This document shows positions 40,267 to 53,357 of a DNA stretch of 64,000 nucleotides, one piece after another. The notes beneath the pieces are model-generated. The model had not been told where the DNA came from and did no database searches. It saw only the letters and a list, made by a program, of their open reading frames with translations. Position 1 is the first letter of the stretch, and the number at the start of each line of letters is the position of its first letter. Position numbers and translations under genes: made by a program. Source of the DNA: Octopus sinensis (taxonomy: Eukaryota); NCBI RefSeq assembly GCF_006345805.1, contig NC_043019.1, positions 496,001 to 560,000 of the forward strand, written 5' to 3'.

Positions 40267-41199
40267 AATATGGGCAAATTGGACACTGAAGAGTATTATT
40301 AAGTGTTTGCATATATCAGTTGTAAGAAGCAATTATGTATCAAACAGATTGGCAATTAATATTAGATAATAATATGCGCTAAAAATCCACTGAAAAAGCT
40401 TTAGCCGTCTCGAGGTAATAGTAGAAGTTACGTGCCCAATGTGCCGCATAGAGGAATTGAACCCCGATCTATGTGGTTGAGAGGCAAATTTTTTTATCAA
40501 GTAACCATGCCTGCACCTGTACTAAGCATTTGATAAATTATACCCACTCCTCATTTTTGGATGTATCTCACATTGTTGGCAATTTCCACAGTACTATGGC
40601 TATACATTTTAAACATACCCTTATATTTCATATCATTATATTCCCTGTCTTCGTTTTTTCATATTTCATAATTTCATCGAAACTCTCTCTGTTGACATTT
40701 TAAAATCTTTCATTATCTAATACTTAAATCTATTATAAACTTGACAATCTTTAAACGTTTCTTCAAATTCTATTAATAAGAACAGTCGTTATTAAACTGT
40801 AAATTTTAAAATTTTGCTTTATATAGTGAAACTTCAATATTTTAACTTTAACTTAAATAATTCAACATTCGAACTTATTAAAGACAATTTCTCCAATATT
40901 TATAAAGTTTTAAGTTTTTGAAATATTGTTTTAAACTTTTTGAGTTTTAATTTATATTTCAAGATATTTTAAAGTTTTCCATCTTTCCATTTTTAACCTT
41001 TCACACAATATTTTAGATTTTAATGTTTTATTTTCTTATTTTTCTACTTTAAATGTTTTTAATTTTTAACTTTTAGCTTTTAGTTATTAAATTAGAATCT
41101 GAGTTTCTGCTTTAGCTATAAGTAGAAATCAGTCGCGTAATTTAGTTATTTCCTGAGTACAAGATTTGTAATATGCCTTTTTGCATACATTGTTACATG

Positions 41200-41909
41200 C
41201 TTGCAGAAGTGCCCGGCGTTGCTCGGAATTCAAAGACTACGAGGTTTTGATAATTAGTAAATTTCCTGTGTCATTAATAACGTTAACACCAAATTGTAAC
41301 AAAATTGGTCGCTTATTGTAACAAAATTATAACAAAATAGCCGCAAATTGTAACAAAATTGGTCGCCGAGTAACGCTGAAGGTAAGCGGTAACAGTTTGA
41401 TACAAAGTTCTGAAAAAGACTTTAATGCGTTCTCAGATGGTGTAAAAATTACGGTTGAAGTAGCCTTGAAAAGGGCTGTAAGGCGTTCATAGGTGGTATA
41501 ACAGTCGTGTGTAAAGTGGTCCTGAAAAGGCCTTTTTTTTCGTTTACATCGAAAGCAACGGAACTGTGGCTGTGAAATGTGAAACACTGTGAAGACACGA
41601 CAAACATATGTTGGACAGAGGAAAAGAAATATGGTTGAGGAAAGTTAGTAAATTTGAAAGCATGACTGCAGTAGCACTCATTCACTACATATCAGGTCTG
41701 CAAGATCGCAGTGGTGTAGTGGAGGCACTGAGGTTCAGAAATTTGAAAGCAGATGGCACATGAAATGCCTACAACACCTCTCTGTAGGCCACATTTTTCT
41801 TTTTGCCATTAGGGGCAAGTACGAATAGATTTTGTTCACTTCCAGCTCTAGAGCATCCGACATATAACTGGTCATGAGAGAAACATGGCCCACCTTCCTT
41901 TTGGCAGAT
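41200..41909 (-). mobile_element. Helitron 3' portion
   Basis: Minus-strand hairpin ccgagcaacgccggg followed by cacttctgcaag (CTAG-like end), downstream of a RepHel remnant. Confidence 0.8.
41769..41909 (-). pseudogene. Helitron RepHel Pif1-like helicase C-terminal fragment
   Basis: PCFSHDQLYVGCSRAGSEQNLFVLAPNGKKKNVAYREVL* matches the FSHGQLYVAxSR (motif VI) to NVVYxEVL terminus. Confidence 0.85.
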
Positions 41910-42271
41910 GAAGCAGATCAAGGCGCGTTCTTTTCTTATGTGGCATGGTGGTCGTATTGGAGTATGTTTAAATTGCGAATTTTAATAAACGGGCAACAGG
42001 GGCCATTGAAAAAGAATTTGGCACGATATATAAAAAGTGAAACTACTAAACGTATTATTCAAAATAAAGTGGAAGCAGGGACAAACAACTAGCTATGTGG
42101 ACACAAAAAATTTGAATGCAATATTTTTCAACGACGCGTAAATTAAAAACTGGTAGGTGGCAACAGTATGAAGGAGATAAAGTAATTGAGTATGGAGACT
42201 AGGAAAAATTTCAACAGAAAGTATGAAATTAAAGCAATAATGTACGTCAAATGGTAGGCGTAACCTGTAAC

Positions 42272-42650
42272 TACTTATATTTGTACTTGTGGCGACATTC
42301 ACCCTGGGCGAATTTAGTCGGCTTCTTCTACCAGGAATAAGTTTCGTGGGAATATGTGGATTTCACAAGTGGTTAGCAACAATCCCGCATGTAGAGACAT
42401 CCTGTTTGCCACAGATTGTCCGCAGACGTAGGGACAGAACAACTGAGGAGCCGCCGGTTGCCGAGACAGACACTCCGAGGATTTTCCCCAGAGCCCCGTC
42501 TGCCGGGTTGTGACCCTAATACCGCTCGGTGTCAGACCAATCCGCCTTGGGTGGCTCTACCAGGAACCGAAGTTTCCGACGGCATAGCTCTGACACTACC
42601 CGTTGCCAGCGTCCCCACTACGGTGAGGGAAGAATGGACTTTGGAGACGC
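42272..42650 (-). mobile_element. Short bipartite RTE-like non-autonomous retroelement
   Basis: 10-bp TSD aacctgtaac (42262-42271, 42651-42660); homolog of 14233-14602. Confidence 0.75.
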
Positions 42651-43329
42651 AACCTGTAACCTGTAAGCCGAAGCATGTATCAGATATATGCAAAAAAAAA
42701 AACGCATCAATAATTACGATTTGACACTGGCATGATCAAGTGAACAGTTTTCCACCAATGAAATTCAGTTAAAGAAATTATTTAGATGGGTCATTACAGT
42801 GGACTATCAATTGTGTTCAGCAGAATAGGTTAAAGGTCATGTTCCCAGACCACCCCTTTTTGGCAGACCATTGACATGGTATCATTAAGGAAAATTGTGG
42901 TGAAAAGGGGGCATTATGATCGTCGGCGATAATGGAGGGTGAGTAAACACTGACGACGTGGTAAAAGCAGTCATTCACACAAAATAAGAGGCTGAATTGG
43001 GTGGGGGGTTAGTGGTAGGCGTTAATAGGGGGAGGATCTAAGTAAACACTAATGTACACAGATCAAAAAAGTGGTTTGTGCATTAACAGTGTTCACGCCC
43101 ACATGACAAAGGTCATGTTCGTATTTCATCCCGTGTTATTACACCATGAGCGGAGGGTAATCAAAGAAAATTTGTGCTGATGGTGGGGGGGGGGCTTCAT
43201 GATTGTAGGTGATAATTAGGCCGGAGGGTAAGTAAATACTAATGAACGCAGATCAATTCAGCGAGGTAAAATTGACCCACAGTCCCTGGCGCGTGAATGA
43301 AAGGCAGTAGTTGTAACAAAAAAAAAAAA

Positions 43330-43958
43330 AACAAGTTCAATCCTGTAAATTGCAAATTTAATGAGAATAAATTTTGCAAAGTATTAACTTGAAAAAGTTA
43401 ATTAAGCATGGGTAATATTCTGGCCAAATTTGGAGCGAATCGGTTTTGGCAAAATACCAAATTTTACGTAGTTATTCTCAGACTTTTCTCGTTCAACGCG
43501 GATTGACTTGCCAACGAAATAAATTAAAAATAATTCTTAAAGCATGAGTAATGTTTGTGACAAATTTCGAGCGAATCGGTTGGAAACTACAGACGTTATT
43601 GACAAAAAACAATTTTTACGCAGTTATTCGCGGGTTTTTCACAATTAAAGTGGATGACCTTGACAAAAATTTTAAGCAAAAGAATTCTCATATCATGAGT
43701 AATGTTCGTGTCAAATTTGGAAGAAATCGCTCGAACAACCAGGGAGTTGTCGGGGGAAAACACTGCTTTCCTGAACGGCTTTTAGTTATACACGGGGGTG
43801 GGGTCTTGAAAATATAAAGTAGGTCATGACCAGCCTTGGAGCATAAGCTATCAGCGTGTCAAAGTTTGAGCGAAATCGGTTGAAAAATGTGGAAATGCAT
43901 AAAACGCGCGCGTAGACACACACACACACACATACATCTTTTGTTCTACATATATAGA
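43330..43958 (-). mobile_element. Helitron-like 5' portion
   Basis: Minus strand begins A|TCTATATATG then (TG)n; four variants of caaatttgagcgaaatcggtt internally. Confidence 0.55.
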
Positions 43959-44344
43959 TAATTCTGTTATAGAAATAGTTAAATTAATAACGGTTGTTGT
44001 GGACGCCTTTTGTATATTCGCTAGTCTTGAATAATGTAAATAACACTCTGCATTAGGAAATCCGTAGTAACATACATTAGGATCTTGAACACTTTCTGAT
44101 ACACGAATTTAAATAATTCGTTGATTGTTTCTTTGCTTAACTCTAACTTTTTAATTAATTTCCTCGTTGCGAAGAATTGAACTGATTTCTTTCCTTTCTA
44201 AAGCACTAACAAGTTTATATCTAAACATCTTAGCATATGGCATAACATATTATTTCTATTATTTTCTATGTGCCAAAAATATTTTAACACACTATAGAAC
44301 GCCTGATCATTAAATTGAAGGCAAGCATCAGTGAACAGGATAAA

Positions 44345-44900
44345 ATCCAGGCAGTTCACTCAATGCCCCTTGGAAAATCAGAAAGGTCATAATGTACCCC
44401 TCCCACATGGCAAAAAACAGGACGTGTCCGCATTCCTAGGATTTCACCTGGACTTGATATGTGGTGGCTTCTGGGATGCATAATCGAGCAAGGGTCAGAT
44501 ACCGTCCTGATAGGGATGACAAAAATTGCCTGAGAGAACTGGTCCGGGGTTGACGTGGAGATATTTCGCCAGATCAGGTTAGAAAACGTAAAAAGCATCC
44601 CGGACCACATTCGTCTCCAACGCCACATTGTTTCGCTTGTGGAGAAACAACCCATTTGTGAGCTTTCTGCCTTCAACTGATAAAAAGTGTAAGGGATTGA
44701 AGGCCTCCATTGCTGCCTTCGCCGGGCCGGGGTTGATGACTCCAACTAACACCATCACCGGCAAAACAACCAGCAACAACAAACGAAATCCCCACCAAAA
44801 ACACTAACCGCCCTGTGGAGAAATGAAGAAAGCTCTCCCACCCCCTCACACTAAAAAATACACACATGAATAAGAATATAAGCATACACACAGACACAGG
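44345..44900 (-). mobile_element. GC-richer decayed segment, possible 5' region of an APE-type non-LTR element
   Basis: Two in-frame NPGP motifs preceded by hydrophobic tracts; no intact ORF. Confidence 0.35.
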
Positions 44901-44904
44901 CACA

Positions 44905-46750
44905 CTGCATTGAGTGCCATATATTTGGTTTTGTACATAGCGTTGTTCTAGAGAATGTTTAAGAAATCATAAGAAAATTATGTGCTTGTCTTAAAATCTG
45001 AGATTACATAGAAAGTATTTTGCGTAGTATATGGCAGTTCCCATGAGCACTATCTTTTGAATTTCTGCTATTTGGGGGTTTCCTGGAATCTGAGCTAGGT
45101 AGCAATCAGCTTCATTTGCTATCAGTCCCTGGGCACCTATGACAACAGGTATTGTTTTAGTCTTCAGCTTCCACATTTTGCTGATTTCTATTTCAAGATC
45201 TTTTATATTTGCTCAGTTTTTGGTAGGTCTTGACAGATACATCTATATCGATTGGAACAGTCATATAAATGAGTAGGCATCGTTTTTGTCTGAAGTCTTT
45301 CAATATGATGTCTGGCCTATTTGCATCTGTCTTTCTGTCAGTTTGAATGGTGAAGTTCCAGAGGAGTGAGATCATGGGGCAAGTCCAGGTTTTTGCAAAT
45401 TACCCAGTGAATATATTGTGAAGCTCTATAATGCCTATTGAGATATTCTCTAGGCGCAAGACGACTGCACATGGAGACAACATGATCAATGGTTTTATTT
45501 TGTTGTTGATATACACGACATGTTGGGAAGCTGCTGTTCTTTAATATGATGGATTTGTAGTTCCTTGTAGAAAGGCATTGATCTTGGGCTGCTATGATAA
45601 ACGTTTCTGTTTCAGATTTTAAGCCAGAAGACACTAATCATTGATAGGTAAGGGCTTTGTCAACATCTGCATTATTCGCTCTCTTTGGGTATTTACCATT
45701 GAGAGATTTTTCTTGCCATTTATCAGTCAGAATATCTAAAGCAGCAGTTTTAGCATGGGTTTCCATGCGCTTAGCTTTTTCTGTGCTTCTTTCTTGTATA
45801 TCTAATTCCGGAATTTATTGTATTTAAAATTCACTTAGACATGTGCCTGTTTTGTTACTGAGTATGATGCTTTCTTGTTTTCATGTTTTAACATTCAGTC
45901 CTCAGAGTATTTCAGGTAGGTGTCTAGGCCAATTGTGGAAATCTTCATTGTTATTGCCAGTTGTAAAAGTCCACGAGCCTCCCTCTTTTCTTGGCAGATA
46001 AAGTCGTTGTATATCTGCCTTAGGGTGGTGCATTCTATGCATTGTAAACAGTTTTCGTATTTTTCTGTCAAGGTTAAATATTTCAGGAATTGACCAGTTA
46101 ACGATATTGAAACTGTAAGTCACGTCTGGTATGGTTAAAGCATTGATCGCTTCGATCCTGTTTCTCGCATTCAGCTCTGTCTTAAGTATTGCTCTCACTC
46201 TACGATAACATTCTCTTTTGATCCTTTTCCCCATCACTGAATGTCAGATTCCCTCCCCTTCAATTACCCCTAGGTACTTGTAGCTCTCTTTTATGACATT
46301 CTGCTGGTCAAGGTTAACGTTAGATGTTTCTGTCATTTTCCCTTTGATCAAGGTAGCTTTTGCACATCTATCGAGGCCAAATTGCACCCTGATGTCATCA
46401 CTGAATTGTTTAACAATCGCTAGTAAGCCCTGTAGCTGTTGGTCATTTTTTGCAAAGAGCTTTAAATCATCCATGTAAATGACATCATTTTATATTTTTA
46501 TCAAACATTTTATAACAGTACTGTGCATCACTGAGCAAATTTGAGAGAGGTATAAAGTCTAGACAGAATAGGAGTGGTCATAGTGTGTCACTCCGGAAAA
46601 TATCACATGGAATTCTTACATCTCCAGCATTTAGAGATTCATTGTCACTGTTCAAAGACAGTGTGGTTCTCCATGATCTCATACTTTACAGACAAAAGTT
46701 TTCGCAGTGTAGGCGCTATTTTCTACATTTCCAGACATTTCTTAATGCAA
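44905..46750 (-). mobile_element. R4/Dong-like non-LTR retrotransposon, 5'-truncated (RT, zinc knuckle, RLE)
   Basis: PLLFCL..YMDDLKLFAKN..YKYLG (RT), HHPKADIQRLYLPRKEGG, CRV..TIDHVVSMC, NRPDII..(RLE), EIQKIVLMGT; frameshifted. Confidence 0.92.
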
Positions 46751-46783
46751 CTATTATTATTATTGTTATTATTATTATTATTA

Positions 46784-46827
<44 letters not shown>

Positions 46828-46849
46828 TATTATTATCATTATTATTATT

Positions 46850-47123
46850 AGACAATACGAAGAGCGCGATCCGATTGCAATACACATATTATTGGTTGGA
46901 TGATATTTCGACAGCTGGCTCGTCTTTTGTCGAGTTCAAAACGAAAAGTGATACAAAGAAATTCAAAATTATAGAAATTCAAATTCAAATCCAAATTATA
47001 TAATTCTGAATATCTCCGTATCACTTTTCATTTTGAACTCGACAAAGACAGACAAGCTGTCGAAATATCGTTCAACCACAATAACATATCTATTGCAATC
47101 GCACCGCGTTCTCCGTATTGTCT
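46850..47123. repeat. Imperfect long inverted repeat (~125-bp arms)
   Basis: agacaatacg...cgtattgtct termini; arms diverged. Confidence 0.85.
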
Positions 47124-47159
47124 ATTTACCTTTGTGAAGAGTTACGTGAATCCTTTTAA

Positions 47160-47175
47160 AATACTATTATTATTA

Positions 47176-47220
<45 letters not shown>

Positions 47221-47299
47221 TATTATTATTATTATTATCAGTATTATTATTATTATTATCATTATTATTATCATTATTATCATCATCATCATCATCATC

Positions 47300-47355
<56 letters not shown>

Positions 47356-47369
47356 CATCATCATCATCA

Positions 47370-47404
<35 letters not shown>

Positions 47405-47606
47405 ATTATAATAATTATTATTATCATCATCATCATCATTATCATTATTATCATTATTATTATTATATTATTATTATTATCATCATCATCATCATCATCA
47501 TCATTATTATTATTATTATTATTATTATCATCATTATTATTATTATTATCATCATCATTATTATTATTACTAGTATTGTTAATATTACTATAATTATTAT
47601 TATCAT

Positions 47607-47642
<36 letters not shown>

Positions 47643-47700
47643 CATTATTATTATTATCATCATCATCATTATTATTACTATTATCATTATTATTATTATT
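47160..47700. repeat. (ATT)n/(ATC)n microsatellite
   Basis: Directly visible. Confidence 0.95.
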
Positions 47701-48314
47701 ATCTCTATAACCTTTAATTCTATTGATCTTACTTTTGATGCTGTTATTAATTTCAATATTAGTTTCTCTGTATGATTCTAAGCACTAACGGTTGTGATGT
47801 TACGGTCGCCGTTACTGTCGTGGCTGCTAATATTTCTAATATCATCAAAGCTGTGGCTTCTATTGTGATTTTATTATTGTCCAGTCTTTCCTTAATACCT
47901 TTTGTATCATTACTGGTATTAATGTGACATTTCATTTATATTCTTAATTATTGTGTTTCTCCATATATAAAGCATGTCATTTATGATTGCAGAGTGTGGT
48001 AACTGTCTGATGATGTGCTCTTTCGGGCTATTCATCCAGGGGTAAATTTATAGTTCAAATTAATAAGTCAAATGTAACGAGGGTAGAAGTGGGATGGTAT
48101 TGAACCCTGTTGTTATCAGAATAAGATAACACGACGACGACGACGACGACAACAACAACAACAACAACAACAACATCAACAATAATCCTTTCTATCAAAT
48201 GCACAGGGCCTCAAATTTTGAAGGAGGGGCTATTCGACTACATCACCCCCAGTCTTAAGGCTAGGCAAAAGAGAAGAAAAGAGAGAGAGAAGAGAGAAGG
48301 GAGAATACTATTGT

Positions 48315-48317
<3 letters not shown>

Positions 48318-48351
<34 letters not shown>

Positions 48352-48369
48352 GTAATAATAATAATGATA

Positions 48370-48420
<51 letters not shown>

Positions 48421-48475
48421 GTAATAATAATAATAATAATAGTATTAATAATAATAGTAATAATAATAATAATAA
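48318..48475. repeat. (TAA)n microsatellite
   Basis: Directly visible. Confidence 0.95.
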
Positions 48476-48889
48476 ATGGCTTCTGATCTTAGCTGGTTGG
48501 AAGTGTCATCATGTACATTGTTATGTCTTGGTATAAAAGATGGGCTACAGCAAATATTCTGCTCAATACCACAGATTTGCTTGCCAATTGTTTGACCTTA
48601 ACCAGTTGAGCATGTCCTTTAGTGGCTGACGATATATGTATCTCTGATCATGAGCAGAAGTAATGGGGGAGCATCATAGCCATGTGTTGAGAGGGATTCT
48701 TTGGGGTTTGAATAATTCACCTTTGGAAACATTGGTGGTTCGTTCAACATCCTTAAACAATCCTTATTCAGGGAGATTTTGAGTGGGATGGATTACTCGA
48801 ACAGGAGAAAATTCTAATCTTTTTAAGATTTCAAGATGTGATTTGAGAGTTTGGTAACTTTTTTATGCAACATTGATTCTGTTCTACTC

Positions 48890-49635
48890 TAGACACAAGG
48901 CTCGAAATTTGTAGGGAGGGGCCAGTCGATTAGATCAACCCAGTACGCAAATGGTACTTAATTTATCGATACCGAAAGAATGAAAGGCAAAGTCGACCTC
49001 GGCGGAATTTGAATTCAGTTCGTAAAGACAGACGAAATACCTATTTCTTTACTACCCACAAGGGGCTAAACACAGAGGCCAAACAAGGACAGACAAACGA
49101 AATAAGTCGATTACATCGACCCCAGTGCGTAACTGGTACTTATTTTAATCGACCCCGAAAGGATGAAAGGCAAAGTCGACCTCGGCGGAATTTGAACTCA
49201 GTTCGTAAAGACAGACGAAATGCCTATTTCTTTACTACCCACAAGGGGCTAAATGCAGAGAGGACAAACAAGGAGAGACAAACGGATTAAGTCGATTATA
49301 TCGACCCCAGTGCGTAACTGGTACTTATTTTAATCGACCCCGAAATGATGAAAGGCAAAGTCGACCTGGGCAGAATTTGAACTCAGAAGGTAGCGGCAGA
49401 CGAAATACCTATTTCTTTACTACCCACAAGGGGCTAAGCATAGAGTGGACAAACAAGGAGAGACAAACGGACTAAGTCGATTATATCAACCGCAGTGCGT
49501 TACTGGTACTTAATTTATAGATCCCTAGAGGATAAAAGGCAAACTCGACCTTGGTTGAATTTGAACTCAGAACGTAAAAATAGACGAAATACCACTAAGC
49601 ATTTCGCCCGGCATGCTAACGTTTCTGCCAGATCA
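48890..49635 (-). repeat. Tandem array of four SINE D units (~184-bp period)
   Basis: gtcgatta(g/c/t)atc recurs near 48925, 49107, 49291 and 49476; only the terminal unit has a complete head. Confidence 0.9.
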
Positions 49636-49821
49636 CTGATTGTGCAAGGACTGGTCAGCTAGGTTTAAAATGCTTCGTTTCTTTTTAAGCTAGGTAGGTT
49701 CCGTAGCTTCTAATAGCCATTAGTCTGCTGTTCAGTCGTGGCTGAAGTTTGGCTTCCAACCACATGGTTCCGATCAAAGCCTTATGAGTGCATTTGGTAG
49801 AAGGAAAGTGAAAGAAGTCTG

Positions 49822-49866
<45 letters not shown>

Positions 49867-49879
49867 ATATTATATATAT

Positions 49880-50556
49880 ATATATATATACTCTTTACTC
49901 TTTTACTTGTTTCAGTCATTTGACAGCGGCCATGCTGGAGCACCGCCTTTAGTCGAGCAAATCGACCCCGGGACTTATTCTTTGTAAGCCCAGTACTTAT
50001 TCTATCGGTCTCTTTTGCCGAACCGCTAAGAGACGGGTACGTAAACACACCAGCATCAGTTGTCAAGCAATGCTAGGGTGACAAACACACACACACACAA
50101 TATATATATATATATATATATATTATAATATATATATATACTCTTTACTCTTTTACTTGTTTCAGTCATTTGACAGCGGCCATGCTGGAGCACCGCCTTT
50201 AGTCGAGCAAATCGACCCCGGGACTTATTCTTTGTAAGCCCAGTACTTATTCTATCGGTCTCTTTTGCCGAACCGCTAAGAGACGGGTACGTAAACACAC
50301 CAGCATCAGTTGTCAAGCAATGCTAGGGTGACAAACACACACACACAAACCCACACACATACACATATATACATATATATATATATACATATATACGACG
50401 GGCTTCTTTCAGTTTCCGTCTACCAAATCCACTCACAAGGCATTGGTCGGCCCGGGGCTATAGCAGAAGACACTTGCCCAAGATGCCACGCAGTGGGACT
50501 GAACCCGGAACCATGTAGTTGGTTAGCAAGCTACTTACCACGCAGCCATTCCTGCG

Positions 50557-50558
<2 letters not shown>
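49880..50558 (-). mobile_element. SINE family A with its 3' half tandemly duplicated (240-bp period)
   Basis: ctctttactc at 49891 and 50131; both copies share private variants. Confidence 0.92.
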
Positions 50559-50593
<35 letters not shown>

Positions 50594-50849
50594 GAACTAT
50601 GTTACAAAAAGATAATATAAAATACACATGGAAATGTAAGTGGAAAATAAGAAAAATCAACGAAATTGCACATTGTAAATAAAAAAGAAAAGGATTTTTA
50701 TGAAAGGTAACGACAGATATATACATTTAGATTGACTGAGGTAGTTATAAAAGTCATAAAAATCATTATTATGAGATGATTAAAAACTCAGAAAGCAAAG
50801 CATACCATGGTTTCGTCATAAGCTATTCATTGCTTTGAATAAACACCGG

Positions 50850-50955
<106 letters not shown>

Positions 50956-51005
50956 ATATATATACATATATATACATATATACATATATATATACATATA
51001 TATAA

Positions 51006-51058
<53 letters not shown>

Positions 51059-51119
51059 AGGTGTGTATTTGTTTGAGTGTGTGTGTGTTTGCGAGTGTAT
51101 GTGTATGTTTGTGTGTGTT

Positions 51120-51290
51120 TGTTTTTCACCATCGCTTTGAAATTGGTGCTGTTCCTTTTATTTTCGTCTTCGTAACCTATCGGCCGAGCAAAAAGACCGA
51201 TAGAATATAATACCTTACTGAAAAATTACACGTACCGGGGTCGATGTCTTCAACTATGGCCGCTATCCAATGACTGAAACAAGTGAAAGA
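51120..51290 (+). mobile_element. Old SINE family A 3' half
   Basis: Diverged match (aaaagaccgatagaat; aatgactgaaacaag). Confidence 0.7.
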
Positions 51291-53057
51291 TAAATAATGT
51301 TAAAGGGGCAGAAAGGTTGGAGTATCGAACTAAATGCGTTGAATGTATTATCGTGTCTGGATGGGACGACGACCATGTTTGCTTCAACTTCATTTTTATC
51401 AAAGAAATACGTAGGCGAGGGAAAAATATCTATTTGTAACAAATAATTATATTCTGAAACTTTTCTATACGAGTGTTTTCTAAATAAATAAAACCAACCA
51501 CATCCTTCTTAATATAAGAAAATATCTTTCATTTCATTTTCCTTCTGCTTTCCTACATAAATGTACAATATTGTTTTCTTTTTTGAAGTCTTATTTGTGT
51601 TTCTTGAAATAAATTTGCAAAAAAATCATTTTTCTTTCCATTCCCATTTTTGTATTTTTTCAAACTCAATAAATGGGAATTTAATCTACTTTTGTCTTGT
51701 TTGTTTATTGTTTTTTTTCAACTATCGTGAAATTTCATTTCTTGCATTTCACAAACAAGTGTGCATTCAACATTTATAACGCTCGACCAACTTTTTCGTG
51801 TAATCTATGTCAACAAACATATGTTACAACTGTGCAAACAGCTTTTAGTTGAAGGCTGCTTAATCTTATATAACGATGAAGCCATGTAAAATTTCAATAT
51901 TGACATTTTAATAATATTTTCCAACGCACAACAAAGCCCACTTTCACACATTTCACAATGTGTGTTGCTTCTCACAGATTATGCTATTCATGTTTGCGCA
52001 GAACTTTTAAACGTGCTGAATTCTTTACATTCCCCATAAAAGAAATCATTATTCATAAAAGCAATGTATGTATATATAATGCGTTTTAACTTCAGAGCTA
52101 GCTTAGTAAATTCCATCTGATAATAAGCTTACGTAGTCTACATAGAAATAGTTCCTTCAGTATGCTAAACTAAAGAAACAAAGCGGTTGGTTTTGGAATT
52201 AACTTAACTCGTTCTAAAGGTGATAGATTTTCATTCGGTTTTCCAACGTTCGGCAATTTCGTCTCCAGAATTTTCCAGTTATGTTATAAATGTGTTTCCA
52301 ACTAGTTTCTACCTAAGTTCATTCTTTTAACACTATTTCTTCCGCACTTAATTGAATCTTTAGATGAATCCTAGACAACAGATTGTGATTTATTATCACT
52401 GAGAACTGAAAGAGGACGGAGAGCTGGAACGTACAATACCAACACGTTACCATATACGACATTTAATGGTGTCTTTTATCTTTTTCCGTGATTTCAATCA
52501 TTGGTCTATGGTCAAAAGCTTTGAAACCGTCTTTAAGCGAGATTTACTTGATTATATCGGCAGCATCACAACTTTGGCTGTTTAACTAGCTCCAAAGTAA
52601 CAAAAGGCAAACCGACCTTGATATGAAAGAAGCTATCTCGGGAGGAATTAAAGGCAAATACATCGCTTTCATTCATTACGTGCTAACACACACAAACATA
52701 CACGGATATACACAAACACACATCCAAATACATATAAAGGGAAGATGTTTGTCCTGATAGCTAATGTATTTCCGATTATAACGTCACTGGTTCGATGGCT
52801 CGGACTGGTGATACATTGTGTACTTGAATAATGCATTTCATTTCATTTTGCACCCGTCTACTAATCTGAAACAAGTACCAGACAAGTGCCAATGCAGCCC
52901 AACTCCCAATCCTAGATATTCTGGTGGGTTTGAGAGGTTCGAGAAAAAGATGTCTGACTATAAAGGCACCTACACCAACTAGCAAAAAATGTTACCAATT
53001 CCTATCCACAAGCTAATGATAGGTATGGATTCGTTTGTTTAAGGTTGGTTGAAGTAA

Positions 53058-53357
53058 TCTTTATATATAAAAGTGAAGTAGTGTGTCTGTCTCCTACGAT
53101 TTAGATTCCTAACTACTCCCTCATTTTGCGGTGCAGTTTAACCAAAAGCGGGTATCTTATAGTCGTGATTCATATCGAGCCCTTCTGGGTATTAACGCGC
53201 GTCTACGATGAGTCCACGATTAAAAAAAAAATTACCATAATTTTTTTCCCATTTTTAATGCATTTTCTTTGCTATTATATAAGGGAAGTAACTTTCTAAG
53301 AATGCTTATATAGTTATTTCCCTTACAAACCCGAGCAACGCCGGGCGATACCGCTAG
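53058..53357 (+). mobile_element. Non-autonomous Helitron, short form of the 20021 family
   Basis: A|TC start; same body and hairpin; CTAG|T end. Confidence 0.9.

Noticed and set aside
44357-44916. 10-bp inverted repeat cactcaatgc/gcattgagtg as CACTA-like TIRs
   Set aside because: No TSD, too short, and the right copy overlaps the Dong 3' UTR.
48890-49635. CRISPR-like array
   Set aside because: Units are contiguous SINE-derived tandem repeats without unique spacers, in eukaryotic DNA with no cas genes.
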